Numbered from the stretch's first letter, positions 12,438 through 26,181 are shown. The stretch is 64,000 bases of DNA from Macrostomum lignano (GCA_002269645.1 NIVC01001873.1:62001-126000); one strand, 5' to 3'. The notes: generated by a model from the letters alone, not told the origin. Numbers and translations are program-made.

Positions 12438-13457
12438 CGGAGCAACGCAGTCACACGAAATTCAAGAACACGGGCCAAATTTTTGTTGCGAACCTTCTCA
12501 AACAAGACTCAAGTCGCCAGCCCTCCGAACCGTCGAGGTATTCAACGATTCTGCCAGAAGGTCGGATTTTCCCCATAAGCGCTAGTGTATTCAGTACACC
12601 CTTGTGCGCCAAACAGCACTGCGCCTCAGTGCAGCCTTGCCAACCAAATTTCATCAGCACGTCGAACACATGTGTCTGCATCAGCACTGCCTTCGTTGGT
12701 CACTGGCCTTCACCCAGACGGGGCTTCTGGACCTTCATCACGTGGCAGCAAAGGTGACTTTAAAGGCCCTATTGCAAATTTCTCTGATGTCGCTGACCAA
12801 GCCTCGACAGTGGGCAAGCCGCAACTGCTGGGTATCCTCAGCTAGTCTCTCCAGCATTCGGTCGTTATCCAGACGCCATTCTTGAAAATTAGTTCGTATA
12901 TTTCCCCCCCCCCTTGGTAGTTCGACTGGCGGAAAAATGGCTTGGCATTCCTACTGTTGAGGAAGAATAGTGATCAAGTTTTATTGGATCAGTCTTCAAG
13001 CAATAATTAGTTTTTATGCTCAGGTTTCACTGCGATGCTTAGTCTGTACTGCACTGAGCTTTTCAGTGGGTTATGACTAATTGGTTTCTTGATCAAGTTT
13101 AGCAGTGAATTGACATTTATTCATTAGGAACTGGAGTTCTCAAGTGATAAAAAAGACGGTAAACTGTCGAGTGCAGCGTCCTACTTTAGTATCAATGAAA
13201 GGGCATTGCTCAACTGTCTTGCATTCACCCGCTTTTGAACACTCTTGCTGCTTCCATGCATTTCCATCATATAAATCATTAAACGCGCTTTGCTTGTCCA
13301 ATAGTACGCTTAGCCAACCAAGCCACGCGTTCTGTTGGTTAAATAGATCGAGGCGAGAGCTGAGTAGCAAATGCGCACTGCCTTGTCTGGGATATATCAC
13401 GCTGTGCGCTCTCCAATCGGCAAGATCATCAATTCAGCCATCGAGCTATCTAAAGCT

Positions 13458-13913
13458 ATGGAAGAAGGCCGCGAATGGCGCAGCAGGCGTCGCCGCCAAC
13501 GCCGCTGCTGTCGGCTAGCCCTCTGGCTGGAGCTCATGGTCGGCATTATCATGACTATATTGGGCCTCTTTATCTTGTTGCTAAGCGCCGAATCGCTTCG
13601 CGAAGGCGACTATCCGGCTGTGTACTTTTGCTCCCTGTACATCGCGCTCGGGCTGGGCCTGTTGCTGCTTTACTATGTCCACTACTACGGCTTGAAGTGC
13701 TGGTTGAAGCGTCAGGTGCAACGCCTGGACGCCAGTATTCGGTCGGACAGGGACGCTCTGGCCGCGTTGGCTCGGCGCAGTCTGCAGTTCTCCGGCATCG
13801 CCGGGCCGGTTCGGATCAATCGGAGCCCCCAGCAACAGCAGCAGGCTGACGCCGAAGCAGCAGTAGTTGATGACTGCGCTGTCGTTTGGGAGGTCAGGCA
13901 GTCGCTTGTGTAG
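13458..13913 (+). CDS. Uncharacterised protein with two predicted TM helices (151 aa from MEEGREW)
   Basis: GC-rich ORF like the other host exons; hydrophobic segments LALWLELMVGIIMTILGLFILLLSA and VYFCSLYIALGLGLLLLYYV preceded by an Arg-rich stretch; start may be upstream at 13371. Confidence 0.6.
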   Translation: MEEGREWRSRRRRQRRCCRLALWLELMVGIIMTILGLFILLLSAESLREGDYPAVYFCSLYIALGLGLLLLYYVHYYGLKCWLKRQVQRLDASIRSDRDALAALARRSLQFSGIAGPVRINRSPQQQQQADAEAAVVDDCAVVWEVRQSLV

Positions 13914-14390
13914 TTGCTAGGCTCGTATGACGACAGGATACCTGCCTTGCGTTTTAGCGAACAATTCAACAAGACCGCTCTTCGAACAGTCTGCTGACAC
14001 TTCTCTATGGCGAGGAAGCAGCGCGAAAACATCTGTAAATTTAATCTGTCAAAAAACCGCACTCGATTCGAGCACTGGGCACAAGATCTATACCAGCTAG
14101 CCCTTGAAAATAAGTAGAACTAAGCTTTGCACACAGACGAAAGAAGACCATTAGCAATATAGGCTCAAATCGTGTTAATGTGTTACGCCCTTAGGCCATA
14201 TCAACGTAGGTTACGCTACAGTATATAGGAAATTTTTGCTGTGCCCCAATATGTGTGCAGGGATGCGATGTGGCCACACAAAACTCGCTGTTTTTGAAAG
14301 CATTAAATGTAGCTCCTCTCTGCTGAAGGAGAGTTTAATTTGATTACTATTTCTGGCAGTTAAATTGCTGCGTCATTTGTCACTGATTTT

Positions 14391-14610
14391 TCTATTGTCA
14401 CTGACAGTCAATTGTCACTGACAGTCAATTGTCACTGACAGTCATTTGTCACTGATTTGTCAATTGTCACTGACAGTCAATTGTCACTGATTTGTCAATT
14501 GTCACTGACAGTCATTTGTCACTGACAGTCAAATGTCACTGGCAGCCAATTGTCACTGACAGTCAAATGTCACTGGCAGCCAATTGTCACTAGCAGTCAA
14601 TTGTCACTGG
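14391..14610. repeat. Minisatellite, 17-bp unit (GTCAATTGTCACTGACA)
   Basis: Visible tandem array. Confidence 0.9.
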
Positions 14611-14989
14611 TCATTGTCTTACTCTCGATACGTCTATTTGTTTCTTTTTTCTAAATGCTTTCTGCTCTCTGCTTATTCCTCTCTGATTGCTTATTCGTAA
14701 TTTTTTCAACTAAGTTCTTGTAAAACCCTTCTCTTGTATGAGCACATTTGTTAGGTTCCTATATGCATGTAGGGTCTTAACATTTGACATTGTACAGTTG
14801 TCCTTGATTATTGTGAAATAAAATTCGATAAGCAAGGATAAGGAGGATCGCATCGCATATCCTGGATCACGTGATCCAAATAAGGTTTAGCGTGAAATCT
14901 AGGAGCGCTTCATCTCAAAATACGAGTCTCTTTTTCTGCGAATCAGACATCCACTGCAAATTATTAAACGTCAGTCTCTTGTTAGATTC

Positions 14990-16810
14990 AAGGCTGTCAC
15001 CTGTTAAATCCAGGCTGTCACCTGTTATATTGGAGCTGTCACCTGTTAGATCCAGGCTGTCACCTGTTATATTGAAGCTGTCACCTGTTAGATTGGAGCT
15101 GTCACCTGTTAAATCCGAGTTGTCACCTGTTAAATCCGAGTTGTCACCTGTTAGATTAAAGCTGTCACCTGTTAGATTGGCGCTGTCACCTGTTAGATTG
15201 CAGCTGTCACCTGTTAGATCCAAACTGTCACCTGTTAGATTGGCGCTGTCACCTGTTAGATCCGAGCTGTCATTTGTTAGATCCAAGCTATCACCTGTTA
15301 GCTCCGAGCTGTCACCTGTTAGATCCAAGCTACCACCTGTTAGCTCCGAGCTGTCACCTGTTAGATCCAAGCTATCACCTGTTAGATTGCAGCTGTCACC
15401 TGTTAGATCCGAGCTGTCACCTGTTAGATCTGAGCTTTCACCTGTTAGATCCGAGCTATCACCTGTTAGCTCCGAGCTGTCACCTGTTAGATCCGAGCTG
15501 TCATTTGTTAGATCCAAGCTATCACCTGTTAGCTCCGAGCTGTCACCTGTTAGATCCAAGCTATCACCTGTTAGCTCCGAGCTGTCACCTGTTAGCTCCG
15601 AGCTGTCACCTGTTAGATCCGAGCTGTCACCTGTTAGATCCAAGCTATCACCTGTTAGCTCCGAGCTGTCACCTGTTAGATCCAAGCTATCACCTGTTAG
15701 CTCCGAGCTGTCACCTGTTAGATCCAAGCTATCACCTGTTAGCTCCGAGCTGTCACCTGTTAAATCCAAGCTATCACCTGTTAGCTCCGAGCTGTCACCT
15801 GTTAGATCCAAGCTACCACCTGTTAGCTCCGAGCTGTCACCTGTTAGATCCAAGCTATCACCTGTTAGATTGCAGCTGTCACCTGTTAGATCCGAGCTGT
15901 CACCTGTTAGATCTGAGCTTTCACCTGTTAGATCCGAGCTATCACCTGTTAGCTCCGAGCTGTCACCTGTTAGATCCGAGCTGTCATTTGTTAGATCCAA
16001 GCTATCACCTGTTAGCTCCGAGCTGTCACCTGTTAGATCCAAGCTATCACCTGTTAGCTCCGAGCTGTCACCTGTTAGCTCCGAGCTGTCACCTGTTAGA
16101 TCCGAGCTGTCACCTGTTAGATCCAAGCTATCACCTGTTAGCTCCGAGCTGTCACCTGTTAGATCCAAGCTATCACCTGTTAGCTCCGAGCTGTCACCTG
16201 TTAGATCCAAGCTATCACCTGTTAGCTCCGAGCTGTCACCTGTTAAATCCAAGCTATCACCTGTTAGATCCGAGCTGTCACCTGTTAGATCTGAGCTTTC
16301 ACCTGTTAGATCCGAGCTATCACCTGTTAGCTCCGAGCTGTCACCTGTTAGATCCGAGCTGTCATTTGTTAGATCCAAGCTATCACCTGTTAGCTCCGAG
16401 CTGTCACCTGTTAGATCCAAGCTATCACCTGTTAGCTCCGAGCTGTCACCTGTTAGCTCCGAGCTGTCACCTGTTAGATCCGAGCTGTCACCTGTTAGAT
16501 CCAAGCTATCACCTGTTAGCTCCGAGCTGTCACCTGTTAGATCCAAGCTATCACCTGTTAGCTCCGAGCTGTCACCTGTTAGATCCAAGCTATCACCTGT
16601 TAGCTCCGAGCTGTCACCTGTTAAATCCAAGCTATCACCTGTTAGCTCCGAGCTGTCACCTGTTAGATCCAAGCTACCACCTGTTAGATTGCAGCTGTCA
16701 CCTGTTAGATCCGAGCTGTCACCTGTTAGATTAGAGCTTTCACCTGTTACACTTAGAGCTGACCTGTTACATTTAGATCTGTCACCTGTTTAGATTGGAA
16801 CTGTCACCTG
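14990..16810. repeat. Minisatellite, 21-bp unit (GCTGTCACCTGTTAGATCCGA)
   Basis: About 85 copies; generates the spurious 640/585/486-aa ORFs. Confidence 0.97.
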
Positions 16811-17689
16811 CTTGACAATTTCACGCTCTAATCGAGTGCACAATACACCCCGTAGATACGCATGCTATGCATTTTTGGAAAATTGTAAAGTACTCGTACA
16901 ACAGTGTTAAAATGCCCCCCATTAGTGGCTGCCTGCTAGATAGAGGTGCAAAATGCACCAGCGAAAACTCCATTCAACTAAAAGCATGGGTGAATGTTTC
17001 ATTCCTCTTGGAAAACAGATCATCCACTTTTCAGTTATTAGTCAAACTAAACTCATATCCACGTTGACATCCGGTGTAAGCCTACACAAAGAGCAGAATT
17101 AAAGTGCACAAAGTGCTAAACTGTACCTATGACCATAGCAATAGAATCAGAATCCAATTATCCAGTAACACACACCATTGGGGCAGAGCGGCTCGGTATG
17201 AGGGCTTGTATGTGCTCAGAAGTCAGTATAATTAGGCAGAGAATTGCCCCAGCGCTGGTTGTGGGACAATGTCCCCTGTAGGACAAAGATTTACTGTGTT
17301 TTAGTTAGTCCCGCACTTATGGCCTCGGGCACGGAACAGGAGCTTGATTGATCGGCGGCTATAAATTCAACCCAAGCTGCAATAAGCTTCTCTATTTTTT
17401 TTCTATTCCCATGTAGGTCTCTCAAATGATCCCCGTATATTTTTTCTCATTTCTCCCTATTTCAATCGCTATGGCGCCTCGCTGAAGTGGCTGCTCAGCT
17501 TATTCGTCCACTCAGATCCAGGCTTCTGTAGACTGAATGCCCATTGCTGCCAGCCCTGCGCCTTGCTTGAGCCTCTGCTGTTTTATGAATGACTTCCTAT
17601 TGAGCTCTGGGAGCCTGCTCATTTCATCCTTCATCTCTGTTGTTTCTCCCTCTCCGTTTATTCAAAGTCAGGTCAATCCATCAGCTAAC

Positions 17690-18930
17690 TCTCAGTAAGA
17701 TCTATAGACACCCGAATTCTCAGTTAGATCTATAGACACCCGAACTCTCAGTTAGATCTATAGACACCCGAACTCTCACTCAGATCTATAGACACCCAAC
17801 TCTCACTTAGATCTATAGACACCCGAACTCTCGCTCAGATCTATAGACACCCGAACTCTCACTCAGATCTATAGACACCTGAACTCTCACTCAGATCTAT
17901 AGACACCTGAACTCTCACTCAGATCTATAGACAACCGAACTCTCACTCAGATCTATAGACACCCTAACTCTCACTCAGATCTATAGACACCTGAACTCTC
18001 AGTAAGATCTATAGACACCCAAACTCTCAGTTAGATCTATAGACACCCGAACTCTCACTCAGATCTAAAGACACCTGAACTCTCACACAGATCTATAGAC
18101 ACCCGAACTCTCACACAGATCTATAGACACCCGAACTCTCAGTTAGATCTATAGACACCCGAATCGTCAGTTAGATCTATAGACACCCGAACCGGCAGTT
18201 AGATCTATAGACACCCGAACTCTCACTCAGATCTATAGACACCCGAACTCTCACTCAGATCTATAGACACCCGAACTCTCAGATCTATAGACACCCGAAC
18301 TCTCAGATCTATAGACACCCGAAATCTCAGTCAGATCTATAAACACCTGAACTCTCAGTCAGATCTATAGACAACCGAACTCTCAGTTAGATCTATAGAC
18401 ATCCAGACTGTTAGATCTATAGACACCCGACCTCTCACTCAGATCTAAAGACACCTGAACTCTCACTTATATCTATAGACACCCGAACTCTCAGTTATAT
18501 CTTTAGACACCCGAACCGTCAGTTAGATCTATAGACACCCGAACTCTCAGTTAGACCTATAGACACCCTAACTCTCACTCAGATCTATAGACACCCGAAC
18601 CGTCAGTTTGATCTATAGACACCCGAACTCTCTCAGATCTATAGACACCCGAACTCTCACTCAGATCTATAGACACCCGAACCGTCAGTTTGATCTATAG
18701 ACACCCGAACTCTCACTTAGATCTATAGACACCCGAACTCTCACTCAGATCTATAGACACCCGAACTCTCAGTTAGATCTATAGACATCCGAACTCTCAC
18801 TCATATCTATAGACACCCGAAATTTAAATTAGATCTGTCAACACCCGAACTCTCACTCAGATCTATAGACACCCGAACCGTCAGTTAGATCTATAAACAG
18901 CACTAAATTTCAGTCAGATCTACAGATCTA
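17690..18930. repeat. Minisatellite, ~28-bp unit (AGATCTATAGACACCCGAACTCTCACTC)
   Basis: Visible tandem array. Confidence 0.95.
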
Positions 18931-19405
18931 TAGGTTTCCATGAGTTTGGCAATCTATCTGTACTTAGTTTAAAGTAAAAAAATGCACTATTGCCTAGTCC
19001 AGTGGAGCGTGAACTAACGCCATACATAGATCTATAAATATTCTTGTTTTTTCTGTTTCGAGTGCTCGCACGAAAGTAACAAGCCGGGGCCACAAGGCTT
19101 GAAGTCTCCGTCTTAGATAGTCCAATTTAAATGAGGTTATTTGCTGTTATTACCATAAGCCCACTTGCAACCTTAATAAACAGTTGGCGGATCGGCTGTT
19201 GCGTTCCCACTGTCTCTGCTTACTTGAGAAGGTAGGAATGGCTGTCAAGGTTTATGTATGTTTCTGTATTAATGGTGTTTACCGTAATAGGTGCATTAAT
19301 TAAACCATTCCTACTAAGTCTAGCACAGCTTATAATTGCTTCATACGCAAGTAAATACCGGTATACTCCTTATCCTTATATAAAGACCCTTGCATGAATG
19401 CGAAG

Positions 19406-21613
19406 TATCTACTGAGCATCACATTAGCTACTGAGCATCACAATAATCTACTGAGCATCACATTAGCTACTGAGCATCACAATAATCTACTGAGCATCAC
19501 ATTAGCTACTGAGCATCACAATAATCTACTGAGCATCACATTAGCTACTGAGCATCACAATAATCTACTGAGCATCACATTAGCTACTGAGCATCACAAT
19601 AATCTACTGAGCATCACATTAGCTACTGAGCATCACAATTAGCTACTGAGAATCACAATTAGCTACTGAGCATCACAATTAGCTACTGGCCATCACAATT
19701 AGCTACTGACCATCACAATTAGCTGCTGACCATCACAATTAGCTACTGACCATCACAATTAGCTGCTGACCATCACAATTAGCTGCTGGCCATCACAATT
19801 AGCTACTGCCCATCGCAATTAGCTACTGACCATCACAATTAGCTACTGGCCATCACAATAATCTACTGCCCATCACAATTAGCTGCTGACCATCACAATT
19901 AGCTGCTGACCATCGCAATTAGCTGCTGACCATCACAATTAGCTGCTGACCATCGCAATTAGCTGCTGACCATCACAATTAGCTACTGGCCATCGCAATT
20001 AGCTGCTGACCATCACAATTAGCTACTGGCCATCACAATAATCTACTGCCCATCAAAATTAGCTGCTGACCATCACAATTAGCTGCTGACCATCGCAATT
20101 AGCTGCTGACCATCACAATTAGCTGCTGACCATCGCAATTAGCTGCTGACCATCACAATTAGCTACTGGCCATCGCAATTAGCTGCTGACCATCACAATT
20201 AGCTACTGGCCATCACAATAATCTACTGCCCATCAAAATTAGCTGCTGACCATCACAATTAGCTACTGACCATCACAATTAGCTACTGCCCATCGCAATT
20301 AGCTGCTGACCATCACAATTAGCTACTGGCCATCACAATAATCTACTGCCCATCACAATTAGCTACTGAGCATCACAATAATCTACTGCCCATCACAATT
20401 AGCTACTGAGCATCACAATTAGCTGCTGACCATCGCAATTAGCTGCTGACCATCACAATTAGCTACTGGCCATCGCAATTAGCTGCTGACCATCACAATT
20501 AGCTACTGGCCATCGCAATTAGCTGCTGACCATCACAATTAGCTACTGGCCATCACAATAATCTACTGCCCATCACAATTAGCTGCTGACCATCACAATT
20601 AGCTACTGACCATCACAATTAGCTACTGACCATCACAATTAGCTACTGGCCATCACAATTAGCTACTGCCCATCGCAATTAGCTGCTGACCATCACAATT
20701 AGCTACTGGCCATCACAATAATCTACTGCCCATCACAATTAGCTGCTGACCATCACAATTAGCTGCTGACCATCGCAATTAGCTGCTGACCATCACAATT
20801 AGCTGCTGACCATCGCAATTAGCTGCTGACCATCACAATTAGCTACTGGCCATCGCAATTAGCTGCTGACCATCACAATTAGCTACTGGCCATCACAATA
20901 ATCTACTGCCCATCAAAATTAGCTGCTGACCATCACAATTAGCTGCTGACCATCGCAATTAGCTGCTGACCATCACAATTAGCTGCTGACCATCGCAATT
21001 AGCTGCTGACCATCACAATTAGCTACTGGCCATCGCAATTAGCTGCTGACCATCACAATTAGCTACTGGCCATCACAATAATCTACTGCCCATCAAAATT
21101 AGCTGCTGACCATCACAATTAGCTACTGACCATCACAATTAGCTACTGCCCATCGCAATTAGCTGCTGACCATCACAATTAGCTACTGGCCATCACAATA
21201 ATCTACTGCCCATCACAATTAGCTACTGAGCATCACAATAATCTACTGCCCATCACAATTAGCTACTGAGCATCACAATTAGCTGCTGACCATCGCAATT
21301 AGCTGCTGACCATCACAATTAGCTACTGGCCATCGCAATTAGCTGCTGACCATCACAATTAGCTACTGGCCATCACAATAATCTACTGCCCATCACAATT
21401 AGCTGCTGACCATCACAATTAGCTACTGACCATCACAATTAGCTACTGACCATCACAATTAGCTACTGGCCATCACAATTAGCTACTGCCCATCGCAATT
21501 AGCTGCTGACCATCACAATTAGCTACTGGCCATCACAATAATCTACTGCCCATCACAATTAGCTACTGAGCATCACAATAATCTACTGCCCATCACAATT
21601 AGCTACTGAGCAT
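19406..21613. repeat. Minisatellite, 20-bp unit (AGCTACTGACCATCACAATT) with higher-order structure
   Basis: 39-bp dimers at the start, then 20-mers; variant CATCAAAATT recurs in units starting at 20041, 20221, 20901 and 21081. Confidence 0.97.
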
Positions 21614-21655
21614 AATTGCAGTGCCCCACGTATTGCAGTGCCCCATCTGGTTGCC

Positions 21656-22322
21656 ATGGAGATCCCGCCCCAGCTAGCCAAGGACTGCGGCTTCGGCCCT
21701 CACCCGGTCCGCGTGCTGCCAAACATCTTCGTGGCAATGAGCGACGGAATTCGCTTAGCTGTTCGACTCTGGCTGCCCAGCAACAGCGGCGTAATTAGTG
21801 AACAGTTTCCCGGCCAAACAGTCTGGCCGGTGTACACCCCAGGCGAGGCGCCGGGCTTGGCGAAGTGCCCGGCCGTGCTGGAGTACCTGCCGTATCGCAA
21901 AGACGACATCACGGCAGTCCGCGACCACCGTCGGCACGTCTGGACGGCTTCGCACGGCATCGCCGTGGCCAGGGCCGACCTGCGCGGCTGCGGCGACTCG
22001 GACGGTCACTGCTCGGACGAGTACTCGCCTCAGGAGCTGCTAGACGGCCGCCAGTTGATCGCCTGGCTGGCCGGCCAGTCCTGGACAAATGGCCGAATTG
22101 GGCTCTACGGCAAGAGCTGGGGCGGATTCAACGGCCTGCAGCTGGCCGAGATGGGCTGTCCGGGCCTGGCCGCAGTCGTGAGCATCTACAGCTCGGACGA
22201 TCGGTTCAACAGCGACATTCACTACACAGGCGGCTGCGTTATTGGCACCGAGGCGCTGACCTGGAGCTCCTTCATGCTGGCCATCAACTCGCTGCCCCCC
22301 AGCCCGGCAGTTCGGCCAGCCG
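21656..22322 (+). CDS. CocE/NonD-family (peptidase S15-like) alpha/beta hydrolase, exon 1
   Basis: AMSDGIRLAVRLWLP, LEYLPYRK (oxyanion Tyr), ADLRGCGDSDG and nucleophile elbow GKSWGG; phase-1 donor G|GTGACC (alternative at 22331); an upstream exon is possible via the AG at 21637-21638. Confidence 0.9.
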
Positions 22323-22424
22323 GTGACCCGGGTACTTGATACCCCAGCCAAGTGAACCGCTGCTCTATAGGAAAAAATTCCCCAATCCACTCATAAACCC
22401 CTGTGTCAGATTAAGTAGATTCCG

Positions 22425-22700
22425 CCCACATTGAATAGAATTCCCCCACTCAACAACTGGAAAATACCCCCACATTGAGTAGAAGAATTCCCTCCACCCA
22501 ACAACTGGAAAATACCCCCACACTGAGTAGAAGAATTCCCTCCACCCAACAACTGGAAAATACCCCCACACTGAGTAGAAGAATTCCCCTCCACTCAACA
22601 ACTGGAAAATACCCCCACACTGAGTAGAAGAATTCCCCTCCAATCAACAACTGGAAAATACCACTCATGTTGAGTAGAAGAATTCCCCCCTCCCACTCAT
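22425..22700. repeat. Intronic minisatellite, ~48-bp unit (GAGTAGAAGAATTCCCTCC...)
   Basis: Tandem array inside hydrolase intron 1. Confidence 0.9.
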
Positions 22701-22795
22701 GAACCGGAAGATTCTCATAATTTAGTAACTACGAGCTAAAAAGGTTGAAGAAAAATGCCCGGTGAAGAAAAATACTACACTAATAGATCCCACAG

Positions 22796-23667
22796 GCAAT
22801 GACTGGCTGCAGGCCTGGCGGGACCGACTCAACTGGGACGGGCATCGGCCCTGGATTGACAGGTGGCTGCGGCATCAAACACCGGACGATTACTGGCGCA
22901 GGGGCTCTGTGAGGTTCGGCCTGAACCAGCTGACTGTCCCGGTGCTGCTCATCGGCGGCTGGCACGATCTGTACTCGGACGCGCTGCTCCGCCTGGCCGA
23001 CCGCCTGCCCAACACGGCCAGCTGCGCCCTGCTTGGCCCCTGGTCTCACGACTGGCCGGACACGGCCGCCCCGGGCCCGAGCCTTGCCTTCACTGACGAG
23101 TGCCTGCGCTGGTGGCGGCTGCACCTGGTCGGAGAGGCCGGCGTCAGCCAACAGTTGGCGCCGATCTCGCGATTTCGCGTCTTCCAACGACTCGACAACA
23201 ATGTCAGGAATGCGACGGTGTGGCGCGGCCGCTGGCTGGCTGCCGACAGCTATCGGGAGCTGCTGGCTCCAGCAGGCCGGGCTGCCCAGTTCCGGCTGAC
23301 TGGAGGTCAGCAACTCGAGTCTGGCTCGGCCGAGCCCGGGCCCGACTGCTGGTCTGTCGATTTGTCGTCTCGGGTCGAATGCGGTTTCGCCTATCCGGAG
23401 TTTCTGTCGTTTGGCGATAAAGACGACGCGCCTGATCAGGCGATTAGCAACCGCATGGCAACCGTGTGGCGGGTGGACAGCCTGGGCGAGGATCTGGACC
23501 TGTTTGGCAGCGCCGAGGCGTCGCTGAATCTTCAGCTGGTTCAGGCGAATCCGTCGGCCAATCCAACCGCTTCGCCCACTATCGGTGTCCGACTGTCCGA
23601 ACGCGATCCGGACACTGGCCGGGAGACCCTAGTAACCTGGGGAGTGGCCAATTTGAATCTGATGCAG
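22796..23667 (+). CDS. CocE/NonD-family hydrolase, exon 2
   Basis: Acceptor CCCACAG|GC; HQTPDDYWRRGS, LIGGWHD (catalytic Asp), LGPWSH (catalytic His); donor CAG|GTAGCT. Confidence 0.9.
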
Positions 23668-23769
23668 GTAGCTGACTGTGATGTATTCACTGCGGTACTA
23701 CTGATAGTACCTACCACTGATAAAATGCAAGACAACATTCACGTCGCCAAAAACTGGTTTTTCAGAGGA

Positions 23770-23882
23770 GAGCTGAAGAGAGGAAGAGAAGAGAAGAGGA
23801 GAGGAGATGAGAGGGGAGGAGAGGAGAGGGGAGGAGAGGAGACGAGAGGGGAGGAGATGAGAGGAGAGGAGAGGAGAGGAGC
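23770..23882. repeat. (GAGGA)n-like purine microsatellite in hydrolase intron 2
   Basis: Visible. Confidence 0.9.
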
Positions 23883-23905
23883 AGATGGTGTAAAGATCCC
23901 ACAAG

Positions 23906-24302
23906 CGGTCCAGCTGTGGCAGGCCGCAGCTGCAGCAAACCTTCACCGATCCGCCCTCGCAGGACACCAACGGATTCGCTACAAACTCGACTCGTCAATT
24001 CTCGGCCGGCCGAGTTATTGTCCGGCTTCGAGCCGCCACCCACCGGTTCGCCCGCGGCCGGGGCGTGGTGCTGGCCCTGTCTTCGGGCCTGTGGCCGCTG
24101 GCCTGGCGATGCCCGGGCACCAGCGGCTCGGTGCTGCGAGTTCGCGTGTCAGCAGAGCAGCCGGAGCCGAACGTTCTGCGTCTGCCACTGCTGAGCGCTG
24201 AGGCTGCGGCTGAGGCGGCTCAGCTGGCTAAGAAGGACGAGCTGTTGAGCGCTCCGCCCAGGCTGGGCCCGGCGCCGCCTCTGCTTCAGCTGAGCAGTCG
24301 GG
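23906..24302 (+). CDS. CocE/NonD-family hydrolase, exon 3 (PepX_C-like beta domain)
   Basis: VRLRAATHRFARGRGVVLALSSGLWPLAWRCP...VLRLPLL matches the CocE C-terminal motif; acceptor position uncertain (several in-phase AGs from 23905 to 23935); donor G|GTTGGT. Confidence 0.75.
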
Positions 24303-24479
24303 GTTGGTTGGCTGACAATTTTTAGCTACTGTTAGACTAAGCATTTGCAATTGCTCTTTATTTAGGCAAAAAGCTACCGCGTTCCTCACAATGGGTAGAA
24401 ATGCATAGGTACCACCGGGAAATTCCACCTCATTTAGTAGACGAATTTCTCCCACTCATCAAATAAGACGATTCCCCAT

Positions 24480-24893
24480 CGAGTAGAAGAATTCAACAGA
24501 GAATTCCTCTCTTTGAGTGAAAGAATTCCCCTCATCAACAGAGAATTCCTCTCTTTGAGTGAAAGAATTCCCCTCATCAGCTGAGAATTCCTCTCTGAAA
24601 GAAAGAATGCCCCTCATCAACTGCGAATTCCTCTCTTTGAGTGAAAGAATTCCCCTCATCAACAGAGAATTCCTCTCTTTGAGTGAAGGAATTCCCCTCA
24701 TCAACTGCGAATTCCTCTCTTTGAGTGAAAGAATTCCCCTCATCAACAGAGAATTCCTCTCTTTGAGTGAAGGAATTCCCCTCATCAACTGAGAATTCCT
24801 CTCTTTGGGTGAAAGGATTCCCTCATCAACTGAGAATTCCTCTCTTTGGGTGAAAGGATTCCCTCATCAACTGAGAATTCCTCTCTTTGGGTG
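24480..24893. repeat. Minisatellite, ~40-bp unit (GAATTCCTCTCTTTGAGTGAAAGAATTCCCCTCATCAAC), left part
   Basis: Array interrupted by a hAT-like element; resumes at 26182. Confidence 0.93.
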
Positions 24894-26181
24894 TAGGGGT
24901 GTTCGGGTCGGCCATTTTTTCGGGGTTCGGGGTTTACCCCGAACCCGGTACCCCTACCCCGAACCCCGAACCCCGTCCCGAACATTTCTTCCAACCCCGA
25001 ACCCCGAACCCGGTACCAAAACCCGACCCGACCCCGAACGTAACCCCGAACATTTTCACGCTTATTTTGGTCAATCATTTTAATAAATTCAGTTTTCAGT
25101 TTTCAATTTTTCAGTTTTTAGTTTTGAATTTCAGTTTTAAAATCAGTTTTATACATTGAGATGTGCCTTAACAGCTTCAACCACTTAGCCTTGTGGTTTT
25201 ATTTCCCTTAGCTACTCTACAACTAGGAAAAGAAATATGAAACACTTCTTGCAATGGGATTGGGATTGAGATGGAAGGAATACCAAGACCCAAGATCTAA
25301 TAGTAAGATACATGAAAGTTCACAACTAAAATCAGGACCATTTCGTACCTATACTTACAACGAAATTGCTTTCATAGTAATATTACATCTATGAGCTTAT
25401 TTAAGCTGCAAAAATAGAGTACAATAAAATTAGATTATACCCTGTAGTGCAGATATCAGTAGAGATAGAACTAGAGCGATAGAGATAGCACAGATAAAAC
25501 AATGAAACAATGAAACAGGAGAGTTAATCACAAATATTTATTTATTTTTACTTTTGACTACAGTTAACAGTAAGTCAGTAGTGGTATAACAGAATTGCTA
25601 TGTAAAAACTAAAGTGACGTCTTTACATAAAATTGTATGCTGATATGAGTAGGTAATCATTGTGATAATTGATTGGCGACTGATGCGTGGAGAATAATAG
25701 TGTATTTATACATTTTAAGCTTCCTCATCCAATCCAGAAGTTCAGACCATGTTACACGTAGCACATGCAAAATTATTACTGAACGTAATTTTTTAAATCA
25801 TCAACTGCAAGACTGAATGGGTCGAAAAACTACAATCGTTATTTACCAGAAAGTGTAAATGAATCCATGGTTCTATCTGCTATTTCCGTTTCAAATTGTA
25901 TGTAAAATATAACTTAAGTTGTACCTGAAACTCAATGCATATCTTTCGTATTGTGGATTTTGCATAAGGAGTAAAAAGTGCTTGAAAATATTCTTGAGAA
26001 TGATAATTGTTCAAAACCCCGAAAACCCCGAAAACCCGGTGGCCAAACCCGACCCGAACCCCGAACCCGGTACCCCTACCCCGAACCCCGAACCCGACCC
26101 GGAACACCTACCCCGAACCCCGAACCCGGTACCAAAACCCGACCCGAAACCCGACCCGACCCCGAACCCCGAACACCCCTA
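24894..26181. mobile_element. Non-autonomous hAT-like DNA transposon, 1288 bp
   Basis: TIRs TAGGGGTGTTCGGG / CCCGAACACCCCTA; 8-bp TSD TTTGGGTG at 24886-24893 and 26182-26189; subterminal CCCGAACC repeat clusters; no ORF. Confidence 0.92.

Noticed and set aside
12438-12890. GC-rich block that looks coding
   Set aside because: All frames are interrupted and no motif or consistent splice pair was recognised
13140-13400. Minus-strand ORF with NDLYDGNAWK, resembling CACTA/EnSpm transposase DIYDGxxW
   Set aside because: One short motif only; no downstream NxDWFQP-like motif seen
14871-16793. 640/585/486-aa ORFs (SPVRSEL, TGDSSEL, HLLDPS repeats)
   Set aside because: Translation of a 21-bp satellite, open in several frames on both strands; no unique coding flanks or splice context
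22762-24201. 479-aa ORF as a single CDS
   Set aside because: Reads through intron 2 (GAGGA repeat) and leaves the true frame; conserved C-terminal motifs are in another frame
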